Of a DNA stretch of 64,000 bases, positions 9,899 through 16,811 are shown piece after piece. The notes under the pieces are model-generated. The model worked only from the letters and a program-made list of their open reading frames with translations. It was not told where the DNA came from and searched no databases. The DNA is from an uncultured bacterium (lineage in GTDB: Bacteria > Fidelibacterota > Marinisomatia > SCGC-AAA003-L08 > GCA-002704045), in assembly GCA_964345035.1 (NCBI GenBank), contig CAYFPO010000007.1:2444-66443 (forward strand), read 5' to 3'. Position 1 is the stretch's first letter; every line of letters begins with the position of its first letter. Both the position numbers and the translations under genes were made by a program.

Positions 9899-9972
9899 AG
9901 GATTCCGGTTCCTGGGATACAGGTTCCCTGTCCGCCCTACAGTGAAGCCGGCGGGGACTCCTGTCGGGGGTA
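9899..9972 (+). pseudogene. tRNA-Arg 3'-half copy interrupted by a 29-nt GC-rich insertion in the T-loop (unit 1)
   Basis: AGGATTCCGGTTCCTgggATACAGGTTC[cctgtccgccctacagtgaagccggcggg]GACTCCTGTCGGGGGTA compared with the genuine tRNA. There is no acceptor 5' strand and only a degenerate D-arm-like stretch (TAGTAAATGGAAAT). Confidence 0.8.
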
Positions 9973-10062
9973 CAAATCTACATCCGGATAAATCCGGGAT
10001 TACAATTTACATGCCGGTTTCAATTGTGAATCAAACATCGATAAATATTAGTAAATGGAAAT

Positions 10063-10136
10063 AGGATTCCGGTTCCTGGGATACAGGTTCCCTGTCCGCC
10101 CCGCGTGCAAGCCGGCGGGGACTCCTGTCGGGGGTA
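10063..10136 (+). pseudogene. tRNA-Arg 3'-half copy interrupted by a 29-nt GC-rich insertion in the T-loop (unit 2)
   Basis: Same as unit 1, but the insertion reads cctgtccgccccgcgtgcaagccggcggg. Confidence 0.8.
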
Positions 10137-10343
10137 CAAATCTACATCCATGGTAAACCGAAATTATAGATTTACTCAAAAAATACGGTTTTAGATATTT
10201 TAACAAAGTTACAAATAAAAAAAATCTCTATGTAATTGAATGAAATTCTTTTTTAAATTTGTAAATGTTTATCAGGTGAAATTGCATTCGGTTAACTTAC
10301 ATTTTAATTTTATGAAAAATCAAATCAATAAAGAGGATAAAGT

Positions 10344-11147
10344 ATGAATCTTGGTACCTTAGTAGGATTATTATTAGGTTTCGCATTAATAGGTACAGGT
10401 ATGTACCTGTCTGCAAGTGGTGCAGGAAAAACAATGCTTGACTATTATGATACAGTTAGTATGCTTATTGTTTTGGGTGGTTCCTTGTCCGCAACTGCAA
10501 TTGCTTTTAAAATCGGAGATGTACTGTCTATTTTTAAATCCCTGGGCAGATTATTCAAGGATGATAATTTCACATTGGGGGACGTAGTGGATGATTGTGT
10601 AGAACTGGCTGAATCAAACAGAAAAGGACAGTTGGAAGGGCAATTAGATGCAACACCATCCTCCATGCCATTCAGGATGCATCCAATTAAAACTGGCATA
10701 CAAATGATCGTTGATGGTAGTAAACCTGAGGATATTGAGGAAGTATTAGAAAATACAGAGAAATACCGTTCACAAAGGGAAGCTATCAAAGCCAATGTAT
10801 TGAAAAAAATGGGTGAATATTCACCGGCATTTGGGATGGTAGGAACATTAATCGGCCTAGTTATGATGTTGTATGGTATGGGTTCAGGTGAAAGTGAAGA
10901 TATGGCAGCCAAATTAGGTCTTTCAATGGCGGTAGCATTAATAACCACATTATATGGAGCCATATTCGCTAATTTTTTCTTCTTACCATTTTCTGATAAA
11001 CTCAAAGGTAAAAATGAACAAAAAAGTGTTGAAAGTGCTTTATGTAGTGCAGGAGTCATGCTCATAGCAAAAAAGGTGCATCCAATATTAGTTAGAGAAA
11101 AACTCAATGCATATATTCCACGGGTTCAACGAAAAACTGAAGAATAA
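10344..11147 (+). CDS. motA: MotA/PomA-family stator channel protein
   Basis: 267 aa with a 2 TM + ~100-aa cytoplasmic loop + 2 TM layout. It has the conserved TM3 motif YSPAFGMVGTLIGLV and a TM4 proline (FFFLPF). Confidence 0.85.
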   Translation: MNLGTLVGLLLGFALIGTGMYLSASGAGKTMLDYYDTVSMLIVLGGSLSATAIAFKIGDVLSIFKSLGRLFKDDNFTLGDVVDDCVELAESNRKGQLEGQLDATPSSMPFRMHPIKTGIQMIVDGSKPEDIEEVLENTEKYRSQREAIKANVLKKMGEYSPAFGMVGTLIGLVMMLYGMGSGESEDMAAKLGLSMAVALITTLYGAIFANFFFLPFSDKLKGKNEQKSVESALCSAGVMLIAKKVHPILVREKLNAYIPRVQRKTEE

Positions 11148-11899
11148 TGGCAAAACCATTTAGAGAAGAAGATTGTCCTGTATGTCCTGATGAAGGATTG
11201 CCGGGATGGATGGGTACATTTGCAGATATGATGACATTATTGTTTGCATTTTTTGTACTTTTGTTTTCCATGTCAACCTTAGACCCTGTTAAAATGGCTC
11301 AAATGGCAGAAACAATGACTGATTTTACAACAGGTGCTAAGGAGGATACACCAGATAAAGAACCTATGAAAAGTTCTTCTCAAATAAAATCAGATCTAAA
11401 CGAAATTAAGGATAATGTTGATGAAAGTTTAAAAGGTAAAATTACCGTTTCAAGTGATGAACAAGGCGTTGCTGTTGAATTGGATGGTGATATTTGTTTT
11501 GATATGGGAACTGTGATTTTACATGAAAAATTGATGGAAATATTAGATACAGTAGCTCCAAAATTGATGACACATCCTACAGATATGCGACCAATTCAAA
11601 TACAGGGGCATTCGGATAATATCAAGGTTCCTTTTCCATTAAGTGAAAAATTTCCTACGAACTGGGAATTATCATCTGCAAGGGCTGCTGTGGTAGTAAA
11701 TTATTTAATTAAAAATCATGGCATTAATCCGACCAGGCTAAGGGCAATTGGATTTGCAGATAGATGGCCATACGGGATTGATTTTATGGATATGAGAAAA
11801 CACGGGTTTGTTGATGATGCAAAGATTGCAGAATATAATTCTACTCCTGAAAAAATGGCGAAAAATAGAAGAATAAAAATCGTATTCCAACCCAGTTAA
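11147..11899 (+). CDS. motB: MotB/PomB-family stator protein with OmpA-like peptidoglycan-binding domain
   Basis: 250 aa. The ATG overlaps the motA stop (TAATG). N-terminus ..CPVCPDEGLPGWMGTFADMMTLLFAFFVLLF carries the conserved TM aspartate. The C-terminal OmpA-like region is NWELSSARAAVVVNYL...RLRAIGFADRWP. Confidence 0.85.
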   Translation: MAKPFREEDCPVCPDEGLPGWMGTFADMMTLLFAFFVLLFSMSTLDPVKMAQMAETMTDFTTGAKEDTPDKEPMKSSSQIKSDLNEIKDNVDESLKGKITVSSDEQGVAVELDGDICFDMGTVILHEKLMEILDTVAPKLMTHPTDMRPIQIQGHSDNIKVPFPLSEKFPTNWELSSARAAVVVNYLIKNHGINPTRLRAIGFADRWPYGIDFMDMRKHGFVDDAKIAEYNSTPEKMAKNRRIKIVFQPS

Positions 11900-12069
11900 T
11901 AATATTCTTCTTCATCTGATTTTCTATTTATTAACCACCGCTTAATCATTAGTACTATTAGAATTACTCCTGAAATAGTTATTAATTTTGAAAAAATAAG
12001 TAATTTTGTACCAGTACCAAATACAGTAGTGATTTGGACAGTAAACCATTCTAAAAAATTTTCAATCAT
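11896..12069 (-). CDS. possible small membrane protein (57 aa), below the ORF-track cutoff
   Basis: Hand translation: MIENFLEWFTVQITTVFGTGTKLLIFSKLITISGVILIVLMIKRWLINRKSDEEEYY*. It has one hydrophobic helix and a charged tail. There is no clear SD, and it lies in AT-rich DNA where chance ORFs are plausible. Confidence 0.25.
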   Translation of the reverse strand: MIENFLEWFTVQITTVFGTGTKLLIFSKLITISGVILIVLMIKRWLINRKSDEEEYY

Positions 12070-12176
12070 AATACAGGTAATATTTTGCCGGATAAATTAA
12101 AAAATTCTGTACAATTTATCATTTTTATAATCATATTTATTTTGGTATTGATCTTAATCATTGCTGATAAATAAAT

Positions 12177-13784
12177 TCAGCATTTCAATAAATTAATGCT
12201 CACCGTTGTCAATTCACCCCCGGGAAATAGTTTTTGAAATTTTAGATCTTCGATTAAACCTGCTTTTCGGGCACAGTCCAGCATAATATCTAACTCAACA
12301 ATATATTGATCTGTATATCCATGGGTTGCATCATAGGCGGTTGCTAAAGTTCTACCTAAATTATTTGCTGTGAGTTCCGGTGGGATTGTATGCAGTTCCA
12401 GAACGAGGAGTCCGTGTTTCTCTATATATGGTTTCCAATTATTAAAATGATCAATCAGATTCTGCTCTAATTCATAATTTGGAATCCATTTACCTCTAAA
12501 CGCAAATGCTCCGGTTGAGTTGCTTTTATAAGAAGAATCCATTTGGTTAGGGGAGGTATAAATCCGGTTATGATCCAGAAATGACCGTACATTCAACAAG
12601 TTGCTCAAATCTACATTAAATTCGGATTTAATTTTTTCAGCAAATGACTTTGGGTTACCAATATTCCCATGAAGAACGTGGTGGTGAATTCCTGCATCTG
12701 ATAATGTCTTTTCTGTCGCAACTCTTGCTGCAGGGTTAAAGTCACCACCAATAATTACAAGCGGGTAATCATGTATATAAGCACCTCTGCGGGTTGAGGA
12801 TGTCACTACCTCATAAATATGTTTCAGGAATGATCCATCACCACAGCCCATATCTGCAATTCCTATGGGTTGTTGTTCGATGGGTTGATTGAATGTTTCA
12901 ATAATTATTTTATCAATGGTATCAAAATAGGTTTTATGAGCACCACCGCTTCCCCATACATTCATGGGCCGGTTCACGTGGGATTCATCTCCGGATTCTG
13001 TTCTGTGCCATAAAACGGTAGGATTTCCATACAATAATTCCGATAATTGTAGGAAAGTGGATAAATAAGACACTGTAACACCATAGGCAGTTGCAAGGGA
13101 AATAGCATATTCTCCCTCCGGAGTGACAACATAATTATCGTCATTTTTAAGAATCCAGGATTCCAATGAGAAAATTCTACTGATGCTCTGGTAATTATTG
13201 CAGACAAGGTAATCCAGTAATGTATTGGGCTCTTTCAATAATCCTGCTCTGCCGAGTGCTACTATTACAGGTCCGATGAGCCCACCATTCAGTTGATTGA
13301 GGATTTGAAATTCTACAGATGATATATCATCAATATCAGATTGTGTAAATCCCCAGAGATTCTCCGCAGACTGCAATAATTCATAAAAAATACCATCGAT
13401 ATCATGGAGATTATTTTCAGTAATCAATTTCTCCAGATACACTGCTTCAGAATACCATGGGATCAGTTGTGAATATTTATGTGCATATTGAATCATATTT
13501 CGTCCTAAGTCCGTAAGAGAATATTCAATATTTTTACCATCTTTCAACACAGTTCTCATCAACCAACCCTGTGAAGCTAATAATCTCAACGCTATATTAA
13601 TATATCCAATGTTCGCATTAAATTTTCTAATAATGGAACATAAATCCCAGTGTCCTTCTTTTTCCATATAATCAATGATTCCTTTTTTGAACAATGCATC
13701 AATTGTTGGCGCTATGGTAATTCCATCCAAATGGCGAAAAATGGTATTACGTATTTTTAATTTAGATTGTCTCGAAATATTCAA
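12177..13784 (-). CDS. class I SAM-dependent methyltransferase with a ~300-aa N-terminal extension (two winged-helix/lid-like segments)
   Basis: 535 aa. The Rossmann-fold motif I is IGIADMGCGDGSFL, followed by an acidic beta-2 end (VIIGGDFNPAA) and a later GLLVLELH. The N-terminal half holds two similar segments (FRHLDGITIAPTIDALFKKGIIDY.. and LNQLNGGLIGPVIVALGRAGLLKE..). Substrate is unknown. Confidence 0.65.
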   Translation of the reverse strand: MNISRQSKLKIRNTIFRHLDGITIAPTIDALFKKGIIDYMEKEGHWDLCSIIRKFNANIGYINIALRLLASQGWLMRTVLKDGKNIEYSLTDLGRNMIQYAHKYSQLIPWYSEAVYLEKLITENNLHDIDGIFYELLQSAENLWGFTQSDIDDISSVEFQILNQLNGGLIGPVIVALGRAGLLKEPNTLLDYLVCNNYQSISRIFSLESWILKNDDNYVVTPEGEYAISLATAYGVTVSYLSTFLQLSELLYGNPTVLWHRTESGDESHVNRPMNVWGSGGAHKTYFDTIDKIIIETFNQPIEQQPIGIADMGCGDGSFLKHIYEVVTSSTRRGAYIHDYPLVIIGGDFNPAARVATEKTLSDAGIHHHVLHGNIGNPKSFAEKIKSEFNVDLSNLLNVRSFLDHNRIYTSPNQMDSSYKSNSTGAFAFRGKWIPNYELEQNLIDHFNNWKPYIEKHGLLVLELHTIPPELTANNLGRTLATAYDATHGYTDQYIVELDIMLDCARKAGLIEDLKFQKLFPGGELTTVSINLLKC

Positions 13785-13933
13785 AATTTTATGTAATATA
13801 CACTACAAAATAGGGTATCTTTTTCTTTGCTAAGAAAAATGAACCCTATAATTTAAAAAGTTATATCGAGGAAATGAATAATCCTTTATTCAATTTTCAT
13901 ACAAAATTCTCTTTTATAAAATCAGGAGGCAAC

Positions 13934-16792
13934 ATGAAGTCCATAGATGTCAAAAGTGTAATAATCGGAATGCTATCAATGGTAATCATTTTTATGACTG
14001 TTGGTATGCGCCAGACTGTAACCAATATGGGTGATATAGGTGTCACCTCTATTACCGTGATCGGCGAGGATGATGAAAAAGCATTGTTCATCGGCAGCGG
14101 AGGTGGTGGAAACGGTTATTTAAAAACGTATAATAAATATGGTAAAACCAGCGCATATCTGGGAACCGGAGGAGGCGGAACAGGTGGTTTCAAAATCTAT
14201 AACAGAGATGGTAAAACTCTGGCCTTCATTAGTGGATCTAAAGAAGGGAGAGGATTTCTGGAAATTTCAAATTCTAATGGAGATGCTGCAGCAAAATTAC
14301 TCGCAGATGATAATGATAGTGGACAATTGAGATTAAATGATGCGGATGGCAATATGGCATTTGATTCGGATAATGCAATGACTGGAGATGCATCTTTAGG
14401 TGATGTAACTGTTAATTCACTTTCTGTAATTGATGCAGAAGATGCACTGAAAGTGTATCTGGGTGTGGATGATGAGAAAAATGGGTATCTCCGGGTCACT
14501 CATGAAATTGAAGATTATTATTATCCATCAGATGAACCGGAAATTGAATTAGATACTTTTGGTGACATTTCAGTAAAATCCATTACAATTACTGATAGTG
14601 ATAACAATACCAGGGCATTCTTAGGATTGGATGATTCCCAAAATGGTCAATTAAAACTCTCAGATACTGAAACAGAAACTGTATATCCTCTGACTGAAGC
14701 TGAGCCGGAATTAGATTTCGGGGATATTCGTGTATCGTCCCTTACTGTAGTAAACGAAAATCAAAGTGCAATAGGATATTTTGGGCCATCTGATGAGGGA
14801 AAAGGCAATATCCGCACTTTGGATATGGAAGGAAGTGTACTGTTTTCATCAGATGAAACATCCAAAGTTGAAGGAAATCTTGGAAATATCCGTGTTAATT
14901 CCATAACTGTCCAGGATGGTGCAGAAAATGAGGTAATATACCTTGGTACTGATGAAGCTTTAAATGGACTCATCAGTGTTGCAAATGCAGATGGAGATGT
15001 TACATTTACAACTTCAGATCCTGCTAAAGAGAGTAAAGAGAAAAATCTGGGGGACATCACAGTAAATTCTATTACTGTAATGAATGAATATTTCACACCT
15101 ACTACATTTATCGGAAATACACCTGAGGGAAGTGGCCGTTTGGAAGTAAATGATTTTACGGGAAATTCAATTTTTAATTCGGATCAGGCAGTACAGACGG
15201 GTGAAGAATTTGGAGAGATCCAGGTGAGATCACTTGAGATAGTTAATCAAAATCAAGAAACCATGATGACACTTGGCACCGCACAAGGACAATTCGGTGT
15301 AATGAAAGCCAGGGATTCCGCCGGAAATGTGATCTTTTCATCTGATGAGATACCCAAGGGTGGGGATGGTCAAATTACCGGTGACGATATTGTTGTGAAT
15401 TCCATTACACTAAAAAATGAAAATGATGAGATAACCGGATTCCTTGGAAATTCCGAAGATGGAAACAGTGAGTTAAGGATATACGGTACTGATGAATCTG
15501 AAACAGTATTATTAGGGACAAACTTCAGTGGACACGGATTTATGAGGACGTATAATACAGATGGTACTCAGACATTGTATATGGGAACTTCTGAAAGTGG
15601 CGACGGATTATTAAAAACGTATAGTTCAGAGGGAAAAAAGACTACTTATTTGGGTTCTAACAAAAACAATACAGGCATGTTGAACACCTATAATGATTTT
15701 GGAGATATGGCGGCAATGATTGGTACATCATCTAATAACAGCGGCACTACAAAAATGTTTGATTCAAACGGTGGATTGATTTTTTCAGTTAATGATACTT
15801 CTGGCAATACTACAACTAAAAATCTTACAGCAAAAAGTGTAACCGTAGTAGATGGTTCGGGTGCAGGGAAAGGATTTATTGGTGTTAATAATTTCGGTAA
15901 AGGATTTATCAGTACCAATAATGTATATACTGACACAATTAGGTCTGAATATGGCAATACTACTAAAATTCAAGCCAATCAGGTCGCAGTTAAAAATGAC
16001 TACGGTGAGGAAAGAATTTTCTTGGGAGTAAATCAAGAAGATATAGGTTTTATAAAAACCAATTTATCCAATACAGATATTGACTTTCTTTCAACTGAAT
16101 CGGCTAAAAATACAGAAGTCCTGGGAGATATTCAGGTTTCCTCTTTATCCATCACTACCCCGGAGGGAGATACCCGTGTATTTTTGGGGAGAAATAAGGA
16201 AGGAAATGGAATCATTACCACTCATAATGAAATAGGCGCCCAGACTAACTTTCTTGGCTCAGATATTGACGGTAGTGGTAAACTACAGATATCAAATACA
16301 ACTGGACAAAAAATTGCGACAATCGGAACAGGAGTGAATGATGGAGGTTCATTGACTACATACAATCGAATGAATGAGATAACTGCATCATTGGGTGTCA
16401 GTGAAGATGGTGTTACCGGTCACCTCACTGGAATTGATCACGTGGAAACATTTAATCAAATTGGTTTTAAAACCGCTTACTTTGGGAACGGAAGTAGTGA
16501 TGAAGGACTGTTACGTGTATTTAATGCAGAAGGTGTACAATCCATGTTGATGGGGACCTTATCCACAGGTGGTGGAATTATCACATCAAACACTAAAGGA
16601 CTGATTACATCCTTTCTTGGAACCAGCGGTAGTGATGGCGGTCATTTGATCACTTATAATTCTTATGGTAAGAAAACATCCTTTATGGGTACAAATAAGC
16701 ATAATGACGGGATGGTGATCCTACGGGATAAAGGTGGCAATATCGGATGGGGAAAAGATGGGAGAATTCCGGCATACTACGCAAAACAATAA
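13934..16792 (+). CDS. membrane-anchored repeat protein (single N-terminal TM, then ~36 degenerate 22-29-aa Gly/Asn/Thr-rich repeats)
   Basis: ORF 13874..16792. I prefer the ATG at 13934, preceded by AGGAGG. TM helix SVIIGMLSMVIIFMTVG. Repeats are of the form G.G.L.(T/V)YN..GK.T.YLGT.... and of the form (L/F)GDI.V.SITV.D......(Y/F)LG.....G.L.... No enzymatic motif is recognised. Confidence 0.75.
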   Translation: MKSIDVKSVIIGMLSMVIIFMTVGMRQTVTNMGDIGVTSITVIGEDDEKALFIGSGGGGNGYLKTYNKYGKTSAYLGTGGGGTGGFKIYNRDGKTLAFISGSKEGRGFLEISNSNGDAAAKLLADDNDSGQLRLNDADGNMAFDSDNAMTGDASLGDVTVNSLSVIDAEDALKVYLGVDDEKNGYLRVTHEIEDYYYPSDEPEIELDTFGDISVKSITITDSDNNTRAFLGLDDSQNGQLKLSDTETETVYPLTEAEPELDFGDIRVSSLTVVNENQSAIGYFGPSDEGKGNIRTLDMEGSVLFSSDETSKVEGNLGNIRVNSITVQDGAENEVIYLGTDEALNGLISVANADGDVTFTTSDPAKESKEKNLGDITVNSITVMNEYFTPTTFIGNTPEGSGRLEVNDFTGNSIFNSDQAVQTGEEFGEIQVRSLEIVNQNQETMMTLGTAQGQFGVMKARDSAGNVIFSSDEIPKGGDGQITGDDIVVNSITLKNENDEITGFLGNSEDGNSELRIYGTDESETVLLGTNFSGHGFMRTYNTDGTQTLYMGTSESGDGLLKTYSSEGKKTTYLGSNKNNTGMLNTYNDFGDMAAMIGTSSNNSGTTKMFDSNGGLIFSVNDTSGNTTTKNLTAKSVTVVDGSGAGKGFIGVNNFGKGFISTNNVYTDTIRSEYGNTTKIQANQVAVKNDYGEERIFLGVNQEDIGFIKTNLSNTDIDFLSTESAKNTEVLGDIQVSSLSITTPEGDTRVFLGRNKEGNGIITTHNEIGAQTNFLGSDIDGSGKLQISNTTGQKIATIGTGVNDGGSLTTYNRMNEITASLGVSEDGVTGHLTGIDHVETFNQIGFKTAYFGNGSSDEGLLRVFNAEGVQSMLMGTLSTGGGIITSNTKGLITSFLGTSGSDGGHLITYNSYGKKTSFMGTNKHNDGMVILRDKGGNIGWGKDGRIPAYYAKQ

Positions 16793-16811
16793 TGGAACTA
16801 CTTCCTGAATT

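Larger units (their letters stand above)
9809..10149 (+). repeat. tandem direct repeat, period 164 bp: two full units (9809-9972, 9973-10136) plus the first 13 nt of a third (10137-10149)
   Basis: Hand alignment shows the units are identical except at 6 of the 7 positions 9938-9944 versus 10102-10108. Each unit is a ~90-nt AT-rich spacer followed by a copy of the tRNA-Arg 3' part. Confidence 0.95.

Noticed and set aside
9809-10149. Whether the tandem repeats are a CRISPR array.
   Set aside because: The period is 164 bp, far longer than CRISPR repeat plus spacer. There are only two units. The 'variable' part is 7 nt. No cas genes are in the window.
10445-11107. 220-aa ORF on the minus strand lying entirely inside motA.
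   Set aside because: It is antisense to a gene with clear MotA motifs. Its translation is low-complexity (Ser/Pro/Ile/Asn-rich) with no recognisable motif. This is typical of a stop-depleted shadow frame opposite a real gene. The same applies to 57656-58201 (in trxB), 21402-21857 (in ribE), 6527-6967 (in pheT), 47885-48301 (in murA) and 4324-4746 (in infC/rpmI).
10344-11899. MotA/MotB-like pair as a Zorya-type anti-phage system (ZorA/ZorB).
   Set aside because: The MotA homologue is only 267 aa with a normal 4-TM stator layout. It lacks the long C-terminal tail expected of ZorA. No ZorC/D/E-like genes follow.
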